From: an uncultured Solirubrobacteraceae bacterium
GTDB taxonomy: Bacteria > Actinomycetota > Thermoleophilia > Solirubrobacterales > Solirubrobacteraceae
Direction of reading: 5' to 3'
DNA: 64,000 nucleotides
NCBI GenBank assembly: GCA_963767405.1
Contig: CAVYDP010000003.1
Span: 52,700 to 116,699, forward strand
Part shown: one piece after another, positions 29,655-44,072 of the stretch
Layout of the letters: every line of letters begins with the position of its first letter
Position numbering within the stretch: position 1 is the stretch's first letter
Position numbers and translations under genes: made by a program
The notes under the pieces: generated by a model
The model's database searches: none
What the model was told of the DNA's origin: nothing
Seen by the model: the letters and a program-made list of their open reading frames with translations, nothing else

Positions 29655-30645
29655 CCCTCCCGGAGGGAGCGCTGCAGGCGCTCCAGCACCCGCACGACCC
29701 GCAGGCCGCTGTGCCCGTCCGAGCGCGGCACCGCCCCCGTGCGGATGCACTCGATGAAGTGCTCGCACTCGATCCGCAGCGGCTCGAGGTTGGGGATCTG
29801 GGGCGAGAAGGTGTCCCCCGAACGGGTGATGTACTCCCCCCACGACCGGGTGTCCTCGTCGAAGCCCTTGTCGTAGACCGTGAGCTTGCCCTCGATCAGC
29901 ATGTCGTCGAAGGTCGCCATGCGCCGCGACCCCACGACGGTGATCCGCCTCTCCTTGTGGGGGTCAAGCCAGGACAGGTGCAGGTGGGCCACGCACCCCC
30001 GAGGGAAAGCGAAGGAAGCAGAAGACCACGTCCTGGACCCCCTCCCGGACGTAGGAGGCGCCCTGGGCGGTGCACTCCACGGGCTCCTCTCCGATCAGGT
30101 GCAGGGCCACCGAGACGTCATGGGCGCCCAGGCTCCAGAGGGCGTTCTCGTCCGCCCGCAGCTTGCCGAGGTTCAGCCGGTTGCCGTAGATGTAGTAGAG
30201 GTCGCCCAGCTCCCCCGAGTCGACAGCTCCTTCAGCCGCGCCACCGCCGGGTGGTACTCGAGCAGGTGCCCCACCATCAGGATCCGTCCGGCCCCCTCGG
30301 CCGCCGCCACGGCCCGCTCGGCGTCGGCGGCGTCGTCGCCAGGGGCTTCTCGACGAAGCAGTGCTTGCCCGCCTGCGGCACCGCCACCGCCAGGTCGGCG
30401 TGGGTGGGGACCGGGGTGGCGAGGACGACGGCGTCGAGCTCCTCGTCGGCCAGCAGCTCGGAGATCTCCCCGCTCGTGCGCGCTCCCGGGAAGGCTGGGG
30501 CGAGGCGCTCCCGGGCCTCGGGCGAGGCGTCGCAGAGCCACCGCAGCTCGCAGCCCGGGATCGAGGCGAGGTTGCGGGCGATGTTGGGACCCCAGTAGCC
30601 GAGGCCGGCGACCGCCGTCCGCACGGTCCTGTCGGGAGCGCTCAT
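29651..30645 (-). CDS. Gfo/Idh/MocA family oxidoreductase (frameshifted read)
   Basis: GLGYWGPNIARN, LATPVPTH, HCFVEKPL, LMVGH, ENALWSLGAHD, HLSWLDPHK, EPLRIEC.HF. Confidence 0.88.
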
Positions 30646-31725
30646 GCGGGCTCCCGGGCCAGCCGCTCGATCGCCGCCACGCAGCGCTCGGCCGCCCGGC
30701 CGTCGCCGTAGAGGGGTGGCCGCTCGTCGGGGGGCCGGCGCCGAAGCGCAGCCAGCGCCGCCTGCGGGTCGAGGTCGACGAGCGTGTTCCAGCCGGCCTG
30801 CACCGTCTCCACCCACTCGGTGTTCGCTCGCAGCGTCACGCAGGGCACCCCGGCAAGGTACGCCTCCTTCTGGACGCCCCCGGAGTCGGTCAGCACGGCC
30901 CGGGCCTGGCAGACCAGGGCGGTGAACTCGGCGTAGCCGAGCGGCTCGGTCATGCGCAGCTCCCTCACGCGCCACGAAGCCTCTCCAGCAGGCCGGCCTC
31001 GCGCAGGCGGGCGAGCGTGCGCGGGTGCACGGGAAAGAGGACGGGCGCCGGGCAGCGACTCGATCAGCTCCACCAGCGCGCGCAGGCGCTCGGGGTCATC
31101 CACGTTTCCCGCCCGGTGGGCGGTCAGCAGCAGGTACCCGCCGGCGCCGAGTCCGTGGGCGGCGGGCACGGCGACGTCCTGCCGGGCCGCCGGCTGCCAG
31201 CGCAGGGCGACGTCCACCATCACGTCGCCCACCACCTCGATCCGGCCCGGCACGGACTCGGCGCGCAGGTTCTCCGCCGCGGTCTCCGAGGAGCACAGCA
31301 GCAGCTCGGCCACGTGGTCGGTGAGGACGCGGTTGAGCTCCTCCGGCATGGCGCGGTCGAAGGAGCGCATGCCCGCCTCCACGTGCACCACCGGGATGCG
31401 GGCCTGGGCGGCGGCCAGGGCCCCGGCGAGCGTCGAGTTGGTGTCGCCGTAGACGAGCACCGCCTCGGGCTGCTCCTCTGCCAGCAGCGGCTCCAGCGCG
31501 GCCAGCATCCGCGCCGTCTGGGAGGTGTTGCGTGCCGCCGGCGATGCCCAGCTCGCGGTCGGGGCGGGCCAGCCCCAGCTCGGTGAAGAAGACCCGCGAG
31601 AGCGAGTCGTCGTGGTGCTGGCCGGTGTGGACGAGCAGCTCCTCGTGGCGCTCGCGCAGGGGCCCCGAGACGGCCGCGGCCTTGATGAACTGGGGCCGGT
31701 TGCCGACGACGGTGAGGATGCGCAC
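30642..31725 (-). CDS. wecB: UDP-N-acetylglucosamine 2-epimerase, non-hydrolysing (frameshifted read)
   Basis: VGNRPQFIKAA, HTGQH, YGDTNSTLA, HVEAGMRSF..MPEE.NR, HRAGN, TDSGGVQKEA, TEWVET. Confidence 0.92.
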
Positions 31726-31750
31726 CGGCGTAGCCTAAGGCCTGGGGGGG

Positions 31751-31995
31751 GTGGTTTCAGCTCTCCCGGGATCCCGTTCGGGATCTCACTCACGGGCATC
31801 AAGAAGCACGTCCGGGTCCTCGAGGAGGTCGAGCTGGTCAGGACCGAGAAGGTCGGCCGCAGCAGGCGCTGCAGCCTCGGCCCGAGAGGGCTCGAGGAGG
31901 CCAGCGGCTGGATCGAGACCTACCGCCGCACGCTCGAGGGGCGCCTCGACCGCCTCGGCGAGTTCCTGCAAGAGACGAAAGGAGAGCAGCGATGA
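31751..31995 (+). pseudogene. ArsR/SmtB regulator lacking its N-terminal helices
   Basis: PFGISLTGIKKHVRVLEE.ELV..EKVGR.RRC...RLDRL. The first ~30 aa of the fold have no room before the wecB promoter. Confidence 0.6.
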
Positions 31996-32494
31996 GCAGC
32001 GATCGATCTGCCACCGCGGCGAAAGCCACCCTCACCACCCCCTCCGACCGGGAGATCGTGACCGAGCGGGTCTTTCAGGCCCCCCGCGAGCGGGTTTGGG
32101 CCGCCTTCACCGAGCCCGACCTGATCAGCCGGTGGTGGGGCCTGCGTTCGAGCGTCACGATCATCGACCGCCAGGATCTGAGGGCCGGCGGAGGATGGCG
32201 CTTCGTGCAGCGAAACGAGGACGGGTCCGAGACCGCCTTCCGCGGCGATCTACCGCGAGGTCACCCCGCCCGAGCGAATCGTCTACACCTTCGAATAGGA
32301 GGGCATGCCCGGCCACGTCCTGATCGACACGGCCTCCTTCGAGGATCTCGGCGACCGCACGAAGGTGACCGTCCACTCGCTCTTCCACACGACCGGGGAG
32401 CGCGACGGCATGATCGACGCCGGCATGGAGCAGCGGCCTCAACGAGGGCTACAGCCAGCTCGACGAGCTGCTGGCGAAGCTCCAGGCGGCCTGA
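31992..32494 (+). CDS. SRPBCC/AHSA1-like protein (frameshifts and one TAG in the read)
   Basis: PSDREIV.ERVF.APRERVWAAFT.P...WWG, DLR.GG.WRF, PPERIV.TFE, ERDGMIDAGME. Confidence 0.8.
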
Positions 32495-32550
32495 CCGAGA
32501 CCCTGCGGCGGGCTCGCCGTTGCGGCGGGCCCGCCGCAGGGTGCCCGGCC

Positions 32551-33457
32551 CTAGGCGGCCGCGCCGACGACCGAGCTCGACCAGTCGATCACCGAGGTCG
32601 GCCGCACCACGTGGCGGCTCAGGCCGAGCTCCTTGGGGTCGAGGCCGAGGGCCAGGCCCGACGAGCTGGGGCAGGTGCAGCACCGGCATGTCCAGCTCGC
32701 GGCCGACCACCTTCTCGGCCAGCGGCTGCTGCAGGTCGAGGTTCAGGTGGCAGAGCGGGCAGGGCGTCACCAGGCAGTCGGCCTCCGCGTCGACGGCGTC
32801 GCCGAGGTGGCGGCCGGCCTGCTTGAGCGAGGCCTCCTTGTTCATCGTGATGATCGGGAAGCCGCAGCACTTGCGCATGCCCGGCGTAGTCGATCACGGT
32901 GCCGCCGAGCGCCTCGATCACCTCGTGCAGGTAGTGGTCGCGCGGGTGCTCGGCGTCGATCCCGAGGCGCTTGCGCGGGCGCACGATGTAACAGCCGTAG
33001 AAGGGGCCGACCCTGAGGTTCGTCAGCGGACGGCGCACTTTCGAGCGCAGCTCGTCCAGGCCGATCTCCTCGACCAGCAGCCACAGGAAGTTCTTGTTGG
33101 TGAGGCCCTTCTCGTAGCTGAGGCCCTCCGACGGCGAGCGTGGAGTTGACGTGGTCGCGGTACTCGGCGTTCGCGTCCAGGCGCTCCTGGCACTCGCTCT
33201 GGGCGCCCTGGCAGGTGGAGCAGATGTTCATCATCATCTCCGCGCCCTCGACCTGCTGGGCGAGCGCGAAGGTGCGCGCGTTGAGCGTGTCGGCGAGCTC
33301 CTGGTTGTGCTCGGCGATCACGCCCGGCGCCGGTGCAGCAGGCGCGGTCGAGCTCCACCAGCTCGATGTCCAGCAGCGGCGCGACCTTGGCCATCGAGCC
33401 GTGCAGCTCCGGGGTGAAGCCGCGGCTCACGCAGCCGGGCCAGTAGGCGACCTTCAT
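32551..33457 (-). CDS. sdhE: HdrB-like CCG-domain protein, probable SdhE anchor subunit (frameshifted read)
   Basis: YWPGC, CCTGAG, CSTC, FYGC, CCG, PCPLC..NLD, PVLHLPQL. TGATG-coupled to sdhB. Confidence 0.85.
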
Positions 33458-34693
33458 CAGCTCGTGCTCCCTTCCGTTCCGGTGGCCTCTTCGCGGGGAC
33501 CCTCACCGGGGTTGGTGGCTCCTTCGGCGGCCGGGCGGCCGAATGGGCCCCCGCCTCGGCGGCCACCGCCGGGGCGTTCTCCTCGTCGGTGCCGGTGATG
33601 TAGAGGTTCAGCTCGAAGCGCTCCTCGCGGCTCTCGATCTTGTCGTAGATCGCCTGCACGCCTTCAGGTCGGCGCTCGGGATCTTGTGCGGTTTCAGCGC
33701 GCCCATCGGCGTCACCTTGCCGCGCAGCAGCGCCTTGAGGATCGCCGGGCAGCGAGCTCAGCAGCTCTTTGCCGGCGGCGGGGTGGAATTTGCCGAACCA
33801 CGAGTTGCCGCCGTAGGAGCGGGGCAGCAGCTCGGCCTCCCAGAGCAGCCCGTTGTCCTTGACAGGGTCGTGAACGCGGCCTCGTGGCGCTCGCCGTTGT
33901 TGTGGTCGACGATGTGCTGGTCGGAGGTGGCGATCCGGCGCAGGCGCATGATCTGGCCCATCGGGTTGACGTCCTTCGGGCAGGCCTCGACGCACTTGAA
34001 GCAGTGGGTGCAGTCGAAGATGCCCTGCGGGTCCTGGGCGAGGTCGTTGAGCCGCTCGTGCTGCTCGTCGTCGCGCGGGTCGCCGACGAAGCGGTAGGCC
34101 TTGGCGAGCGCCGCCGGGCCGATGAAGCCGGGGTCGACCTCCATCGCCAGGCAGTCCGAGACGCAGGCGCCGCACTGGATGCAGGCCATCGTCTGGGTGA
34201 CGTCGACCATCGACTCTTTCGGGACGATGTACTCGCGCTCGGGCACCGGCTGCTTGGCCAGCAGCCACGGCGTGACGCGCTGGATCTTCTTCCAGTGGAC
34301 CGCGTCCATGTCCACGATCAGGTCCTTGATCACCGGCATGTTGCCCATCGGCTCGATCTCGATCACGCCGTCGGTCGGCGCTGCTCAGGGCGGCGTCGAG
34401 GTGGGTGTGGCAGGCGAGCGCCGGTTCGCCGTTGACGCGCACGCCGCAGGAGCCGCAGATCGCCTGGCGGCAGGAGCAGCGGATGCCGATCGAGCCGTCG
34501 AAGCGGTCGCGCGCCTGCAGCACCGCCTCGAGCACCGAGCGGTGCGGCTCGAGCTCGACCGTGTGCTCGTCCCAGTAGGGGGCCTCGCCCGACTCGGGGT
34601 CGTAGCGGCGCAGCCTGAGCGTGAACTTCTCGGCGGGCTGTCGTGAGCTTCAGCCATCGCGCGTGCCTGCTTTCTCTGGCGTGCGGAGTGCAT
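33457..34693 (-). CDS. sdhB: Succinate dehydrogenase/fumarate reductase iron-sulfur subunit (frameshifted read)
   Basis: SCRQAICGSC..NG...LAC (2Fe-2S), VIKDLIVD, CIQCGACVSDC, CTHCFKCVEACP. Confidence 0.92.
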
Positions 34694-36392
34694 CAGTATT
34701 TCCGCTCCTCGGGCTGCCACTGGGTGATCGTCACCGGCGAGTAGCTGACCTCGGCCGCTCGTCGCCGAGCGTGATGTCGATGTGCTTGAGCCACTCCTCG
34801 TCGTTGCGCTCGGGGTAGTCGGTGCGGAACTGGGCGCCCGCGCGACTCCTTGCGCTCGATCGCCGCCACCACGTCGCCTCGGCGCAGTCGACCATGAAGC
34901 CGAGCTCGAGCGCCCCGAGCACGTCCTGGTTGAAGACCGTGCCGCGGTCGTCGATCCAGGCGCTCGAGCGGTCTCCTCTTTGAGGCGGCCGATCGTCTCC
35001 AGGGCGCTCTGCAGGCCCGCCTCGTCGCGGAACACGGCGGCGTGCTGGTTCATCAGTCTCGCCGAGCTCGTTCTTGATCTCCGAGACCCGCCGGCCCTCG
35101 CGGGGGCGCGAGATGATCGCGTCGAGCTCCTCGGCGTCGCGGCGCAGCTGGGCGTTCGCGTCGACCTTCGGCGTCGGCATCGTCGGCGGCGCGGGCGGCG
35201 GCGTGTTCGCCCGGCGCCGGCGTCCGAAGATCAGCGTGTCGAGCAGCGAGTTGGCGCCGAGGCGGTTGCCGCCGTGGACCGAGACGCAGGCGACCTCGCC
35301 GGCGGCGTAGAGGCCCTCGATCGGCGTGCGCCCGTCGACGTCGGTCTTGACGCCGCCCATGATGTAGTGCTGGCCGGGGCGGATCATGATCGGTTCGCGG
35401 GTGATGTCCACGCCGGCGAAGTCGCGCCCGAGGTTGACGATCTCGCGCAGCGCCTCGAGCGTCGCGCTTGCGGCACGACGGTGACGTCGAGGAAGATGCC
35501 CGGCTCCGTTGGGGCCGACGCCGCGGCCCTCGTTGATCTCGATCTGCTCGGCGCGCGAGACGACGTCGCGGGAGGCGAGCTCCATCTTGTTGGGCGCCGC
35601 TTTCTCCATGAACCGTTCGCCGGCCGCGTTGAGCAGGTGGGCGCCCTCGCCGCGCGCGCCCTCGGTGATCAGGATGCCCGTCTCGACCAGGCAGGTGGGG
35701 TGGTACTGGACCATCTCCATGTCCATCAGCGGCGCGCCCGCGCGGTAGGCCATCGCGATCCCGTCGCCGGTCACGATCAGGCCGTTGGTGGTCGGCTTGT
35801 AGGCCTGGCCGGCCCCGCCGCAGGCGAGGATCACGTTCTTGGCGGTGAAGGTCTCCATCCGGCCGCGTGCGCACGTCGCGGGCGATCACGCCGCCGCAGC
35901 GCCCTCCTCGTCGGTCAGCAGCGAGGTCGTGAACCACTCCTCGAAGCGCTCGACCGTCTCGTGGTGCTTCATCAGCTGCTCGTAGAGGACGTGCAGCAGC
36001 GCCTGGCCGGTGATGTCGGCGACGTAGGCGGTGCGCTTCATCGAGGCGCCGCCGAAGGCGCGCAGGTCCATCTCGCCCTTGTCGTTGCGGTGGAAGGTGA
36101 CGCCGATGTGCTCGAGGTGCATCACCTCCCCGGGCGCCTCCGAGCACATCACTTCGATCGCGTCCTGGTCGCCGAGGAAGTCCGAGCCCTTGACGGTGTC
36201 GTAGGCGTGGGAGTGCCAGTCGTCGTCGACGCTGATCGCGGCGTTGATGCCGCCGGCGGCCGCGACGGAGTGCGAGCGCACCGGGTGGACCTTGCTCATG
36301 ATCGCCACGCTCGCCCCCGCCTGGGCGGCGGCCAGCGCCGCGCGCTGGCCCGCGAGGCCGGCGCCGATGATCAAGACGTCGTGTGCTGGCAT
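34693..36392 (-). CDS. sdhA: Succinate dehydrogenase/fumarate reductase flavoprotein (frameshifted read)
   Basis: IIGAGLAG, RSHSVAAAGG (FAD-linked His), VQYHPT, TEGARGEG, ELASRDVVSR, HYIMGG, HGGNRLGANSL. Confidence 0.93.
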
Positions 36393-36502
36393 GGCTCCTT
36401 GCGGTCTGTCGTGGGGGAAGGGGGTTGCGGCGCGGCACTCTACAACGCGCGCGGCCCGACGAGCCGGTCCGGCAGCCGCCGGCGACGGCGCGAGGGTCGG
36501 CG

Positions 36503-37659
36503 CTAGGTCGCCGGGCGCAGCGCCTGGCGCACCTGGGCGAGCGTGACCACGCCCTGCAGGACGCCGTCGCTGTCGACCGCCACCATCGCCCCGAGCCGCC
36601 CGAGGCCCTCCGCGCCGAGCAGCGATTCCAGCGGCGCCTCTTCGCCGATCCGCACCGGCAGGTCCTCCTCGAGCACGTCCACGACCTCCAGCGCCGGGCG
36701 GCCGGCGGCGATCTCGGTCTCCACGCGCTGCTGGCGGACGACCCCGAGGAAGTGCCGGGCGGGGTCGACGACCACGAACCACGGCCAGCGGTAGCGCAGG
36801 AAGAACTGCTCCTGGGCGTCGAGCAGGGTCATCTCCGGCGGGGATCGTCACCGGCTCGCGGTCCATGATGTCGGCGACCCGCATGTCCTTGATGCGCCTG
36901 CCCAGGGCTCCCTGCACGACCGCCGCGCCGGCCGCCTGGTAGAGGAAGAAGGCGAGCAGCGATCGTCAGCAGGCCGAAGGTCGAGCCGCCGCGGGTGAAG
37001 TCGAGCAGGCCCACCAGGCCGAGGACGAGGGCGAGCGCCTGGCCGGCGCGGCCGGTCGCCTGGGTGGCGCGGTTGCGGTCGCCCGTGCGCCGCCAGATCG
37101 CGGCGCGGGCGATGCGCCCGCCGTCGAGGGGGAAGGCGGGGACGATGTTGAACAGGAACAGGAGCCGCGTTGATGAATCCGAGCCAGCCGATCAGGGCCA
37201 GGGCCGGCGTGGTGGTGAAGCCCTCGCGGGTCAGCGCGACGTCGGTGAAGCGCTGGCCGGAGGCCAGCGGCGGTGCCGACGGCCGACGCAGATGGCGAAC
37301 AGCAGCAGGGTCACGGCCGGTCCGGCGGCGGCGACCTTGAACTCCTCCCCGGGGCTCTGCGGCTCGCGGCGCATCTGCGAGAGCCCGCCGAAGAACCACA
37401 GGTCGATGCCGGCGATCGGGATGCCGAGCCGGCGCGCCACGAGGGCGTGTCCGAGCTCGTGCAGGATCAGCGAGGCGAAGTAGCCGAGGGCGCCCGCCAC
37501 GGCGACCAGGTAGGCGGTCGTCTGCGAGCCTCCGAGGACTTCGTGGAAGTAGTTCGAGAGCCAGTAGATCAGGAGGAAGAGGACGAAGAACCAGCTTGCG
37601 CTGACGCCGATGCGGATGCCGAAGATGCGCGCGAGCTGGAGGTTCTGGCGCCGTCCCAT
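36503..37659 (-). CDS. Site-2 (M50) metalloprotease with CBS domains (frameshifted read)
   Basis: LHELGHA, AAAGP, FNIVPAFPLDGG, C-terminal CBS pair (VADIMDREPV...LQGVVT). Confidence 0.9.
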
Positions 37660-37699
37660 GCCTCGATGGTAGGCCGCCGCAGGGCGGCCCGCTGCGCCG

Positions 37700-39397
37700 C
37701 TAGGCCCGGCGGCCTGTTGCGCGGGCGATGATCGCCTCGAAGTCGACCCCCGCGGGAAGCGTGCCGTACTCCAGGCCGCCGTCGCCGGCCAGGCGCGAGG
37801 CGCAGAAGGCGTCGGCCACGGCCGGCGGGGCCGTGGCGCACGAGCAGGGAGCCCTGCAGGCACAGGGCCATGTCTTCGACGACCCGGCGGGCGCGCGTCT
37901 CGAGCGTCGCGGGGTCGGAGAACTGGTCCTTCAGGGCGGCCACCCGGTCGTCGAGGCGGCGGTCGGCTCCCGCCGCCAGCTCGACCTCGGCGAAGAAGAC
38001 CTCCAGCGAGCGCGGCGAGCGCGTCAGCGCGCGCAGCACGTCGAGGCTCATCACGTTGCCCGAGCCCTCCCAGATCGAGGCCAGCGGGGCCTCGCGGTAG
38101 AGGCGGGGCATCCCCGACTCCTCCACGTAGCCGGCTCCGCCCAGGCACTCGAGCGCCTCGAAGGCGTGGTTGGGGGCGCGCTTGCAGGTCCAGTACTTGC
38201 CGACCGCCGTGGCCAGGCGCTTGAACAGCTGGGCGTCGCTGGCGTCCTCGCCGGCGTCGGCGTCCGCGTGCGCTTCGTCATAGGCGCGGGCGAGGCGCAT
38301 CGCCAGCGCCGTGGTGGCCTCGGACTCCACGCACAGGTCGGCGAGCACGTTGCGCATCAGCGGCTGGTCGATCAGGAGCTTGCCGAAGGCGCTGCGGTGG
38401 GCCGTGTGGTGGGTGGCGTTCACCACCGCGACGCGCATCCCGGCGGCCGAGCCGATCACGCAGTCGAGGCGGGTGTGCCCGACCATCTCGATGATCGTCG
38501 GCACGCCCCGGCCGGGCTCGCCGACCATCCGCGCCCAGGCGCCGTGCAGCTCGATCTCCGAGGAGGCGTTGGAGTGGTTGCCGAGCTTGTCCTTCAGGCG
38601 CTGGATGTGGAATGCGTTGCGCGTGCCGTCGGGGAGGATCCGCGGCAGCAGGAAGCACGAGAGGCCGTCCTCGGTCTGCGCCAGCACCAGGAACATGTCC
38701 GACATCGGCGCCGAGCAGAACCACTTGTGGCCGATCAGCTCGTACTCGGCTCCGGCGCCGCCGCCGTTCAGCGGCCGGGCGACGGTCGTGTTGGCGCGGA
38801 CGTCCGAGCCGCCCTGCTTCTCGGTCATCGCCATCCCGGAGATCGCGCGACCCTTCTCGGCCGCCGGGATCAGGCGCGGGTCGTAGGTGGTGGCGGTCAC
38901 CAGCGGCTCCCACTCGGCGGCGAGCTCCGGCTGGGCGCGCAGGGCCGGCACGACCGCGAAGGTCATCGTGATCGGGCAGGCGAAGCCGGCCTCGGCCTGC
39001 ATCGCGGTCATGTACAGGGCCGCGCGGGCGGCATGGGCCGCGGGCTCGATCGCTCGTCCACGGGCAGCGAGTGCAGCTCGTGCTCGACGCCCATCTGCAT
39101 CAGCTGGTGCCAGGCCGGGTGGAACTCGACCTCGTCGATGCGGTTGCCGTAGCGGTCGTACGTGCGCAGCACCGGCTTGTTCTCGTTCGCCAGACGTCCC
39201 CATTCCTGCTGGGGCTCGCCGCCGACGAGCGTGCCCAGCGCCGCCGCCCGCTCGCTGACCCAGCCGGCGCCCTCGCGCTCCGTGGCCTCGACCAGCGGCA
39301 GGTTGCTGGAGAAGACGTCGAGCCCCTCCAGCGGCGGAACCTGGTTGAAGACCGTGTGCGTCTTCCAGGGCGCCCGGCTCTCGCTGACGGTTGCCAT
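37700..39397 (-). CDS. aidB: AidB-type acyl-CoA dehydrogenase (frameshifted read)
   Basis: [67 protein letters not shown]. Confidence 0.88.
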
Positions 39398-39461
39398 CAC
39401 CCTGAAGTCAAGCAGATGCGTGCGCGATAGCATCGCCCCACCCCGACCCAAGGACCGACAA

Positions 39462-41724
<2,263 letters not shown>

Positions 41725-41838
41725 TGACAAACGCCTCGTGCGACTGAAACGCGAGCAGCGGGGGCGCACTCGCGCCCCGTCGCCACGGTCTGCGAAACGG
41801 CCGGACGACTCCTCGCAGGTCGAGCAGTGCGCCTAGCG

Positions 41839-42287
41839 CTAGCCCTTCGGGTACCAGCCGCGGCCCTGCTTTTCCACCTTCTTTTCCTGCTCGAGGCCCG
41901 GGCAGGACGCGGTAGAGGTAGTTCTGCTTGATGCCCATCTTGGCCGCCAGCTCGGGGATCGTGATCCCGGGCTGGCCCTGGACGAAGGACAGCGCCTCGG
42001 CGGCGCGGGTGCCGCTGCCTTTGCGCCGGCCGGCGCGCCGTTTGGCGGCGGCTTGGCCGCTTTGCGGGCGGGCTTTGGCCGCGGTGGTGGCGGGTGGCGA
42101 GCCGCGGGGGCGTCCGGCGGCCGGCGTTGCCGGTGGCGCGTGCGGCGGCCGCGCGAACTGCCGAGCCGCCGACGCCGGCGAGGGCCGACGCTGCGGCCTC
42201 GAGCCGGTGGTACTCGTCGACCAGCGGCTTGAGCTCTTTGAGCCGGTCGGTGATCTCCCGGCGCTTCTCATCAAGGAAGTCAGTCAC
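41839..42287 (-). CDS. Small basic protein: coiled coil, Arg/Gly/Ala linker and winged-HTH (frameshifted read)
   Basis: MTDFLDEKRREITDRLKELKPLVDEYHRLEAAA ... GRPRGS ... QPGITIPELAAKMGIKQNYLYRVLP.LEQEKKVEKQGRGWYP. GAGGA SD. Confidence 0.75.
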
Positions 42288-42347
42288 GGTGAGGTCCTCT
42301 TCACTTGTTTCGAGCTGCTTGACACACGCGTCACATTGCGGTTCACC

Positions 42348-42824
42348 TTACACTAGTCCCGCTTCGCCGCCGGGCCTTCCAGACGTGTCCGCGCAGCTGT
42401 TGCAATGTGCGCCTGTTGCCTCGCGCTCGGGCATGCCGCCCACGAGCGCGCGGCTGACGATCGCTCCGAGCGGGCCGAGTGGCGCATGGAACTCGTTCCG
42501 ATAGTCAAAGCGAGTTCCGCCGTCCTCGGCGCTGAGCAGGTATTCGGTGTGGGCGCGGGAGCGGGCCGGGCCGCGACCCTCCCACACGGCGACGCTGCCG
42601 GGGGTGCACTCGACGAGCTTCCAGTGAACCTCGAGCGTCACGCCGCGCATGTGGATCTGCTGGTCCATCCGGTAGCCGACCCGCGGCGGGCCCTCGTCGG
42701 CGTGCAGGAGCCTGCGGTGAATCGTCACCCAGTCGCCCAGGCAGGAGGGGTCCATGACCATCTTCCAGACCTCCGCCGGCGGCGCCTCGATGCGGATCGA
42801 GGCGGTGACGAGGCTAAGGCTCAT
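42348..42824 (-). CDS. SRPBCC family protein
   Basis: IRIEAPPAEVWKMVMDP..LGDW...GGTRFDY. The 3' end is uncertain because of indels. Confidence 0.75.
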   Translation of the reverse strand: MSLSLVTASIRIEAPPAEVWKMVMDPSCLGDWVTIHRRLLHADEGPPRVGYRMDQQIHMRGVTLEVHWKLVECTPGSVAVWEGRGPARSRAHTEYLLSAEDGGTRFDYRNEFHAPLGPLGAIVSRALVGGMPEREATGAHCNSCADTSGRPGGEAGLV

Positions 42825-42881
42825 CTGTGAGCCGGAGGGTGGGACGGCACAGGGGTGCACCGTATCGACTGGAGGGGTGCA

Positions 42882-43846
42882 TCAGCGCGCGGCCAGCGGT
42901 TCGCGCTGCTCCCATTCGGCCAGCGCGTGTTCGACCGCGGAGTCGAAGGTGTGCAGGCGCACGCCCAGCAGCTCGGCGGCGCGATCGTCGCGCGGCAGCA
43001 GGTCGCCCTGCAGGCCTTCCATCAGCGGCAGCACCAGCTCCGGGTCCTCGCCGGCGATCGCCGCCGCCACGCGCGCGGCGATGCCCGTCACGTTCACTCC
43101 CAGCCGCAGCGACGGGCGCCCGACGAGCATCAGCTCGGCGATCCGCCGAGCATCTCGCCGTAGCTGAGGACGTCGGGGCCGCCGATGTCCATCGAGCCGG
43201 CCACGTCCGGTGCGCGCGCGCGGCGGCCGCGAGCATCTCGATCACGTCGCGCTCGTCGATCGGCTGCGTGCGGTACCGCTGCCAGGCGGGCAGCGTGAGC
43301 ACGGGCATCCGCTCGACCAGGCGCACGAGCAGGCGGAAGGAGCGCGAGCGGGCGCCGATCACGATCGACGCGCGCAGCGCGAGCGAGTCGGGCACCGCCT
43401 CGAGCAGGATCCGCTCGACCGCCTCGCGGCTGGCCAGGTGCGCGAGGTGCGCGCGGCGGCGCTCCGCCTCGCGCCGTCCGACCGCGGCACGAGCCCGCCG
43501 AGGTAGACGATCCGCCGACGCCCGGCCCGCGCTGGCCGCGGCGGCGAAGTTCAGGGCCGCGAGCCGCTCGCGGGTCGGAGAAGGGCGCGGAAGCTCCCGG
43601 CGTGCGCTCCATCGAGTGGATCAGGTAGTAGGCGACCTCGACCCCCGCAGGGCCCGGTCGAGGCCCTCGCCGGTGACAGCGTCGCCCCGCACGCTCCTGC
43701 ACCGGTCCGGCCCGGTCTCGGCCAGCGCCGCCCGCAGGCGAGCGGGATCCCTGCCGAGGGCCCGGACGGCATGCCCGTCCGCCAGCAGCCGCGGCACGAG
43801 CAGCGAGCCGACGAAGCCGCTCGCGCCGGTGACGCAGGATCTCCAT
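42882..43846 (-). CDS. Atypical SDR / NAD(P)H-binding protein, YbjT-like (frameshifted read)
   Basis: VTGASGFVGS, YYLIHSM, LRASIVIG..SRSF, TQPIDERDV, IGGPDVLSY. Confidence 0.82.
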
Positions 43847-44072
43847 CCCCGAGATGATGACGCGCCGCGCTCGGGCCGTCCGGATCCTCCGGAAATTGCG
43901 GCCCTTGCAGCGACGATTGTCACAGGAAAGTGACTGCTCGGCGGGTATTTCCGGGTAGCGAGTCTTTTCTCTGCGATTTGCGCGATGGCCCCCTCCGGCG
44001 CCTTGAGCGAGCACCCCGATGCGTGCTTTGATCGCCGCGTTCCGTTGGCAACCGAGACAGGCGGGGGAAGCG

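Noticed and set aside
32290-32300. In-frame TAG in the AHSA1-like gene as recoding
   Set aside because: It falls where Trp (TGG) is expected, inside the error-rich zone, and no pyl/sel genes are present.
32551-33457. Methanogen-type heterodisulfide reductase
   Set aside because: No hdrA or separate hdrC. Translational coupling to sdhAB fits the SdhE anchor role better.
42319-42336. TTGACACACGCGTCACA as a second site for the P450-linked TetR or a CRP box
   Set aside because: The spacer length and arms differ from the 13032 palindrome and do not fit TGTGA-N6-TCACA.
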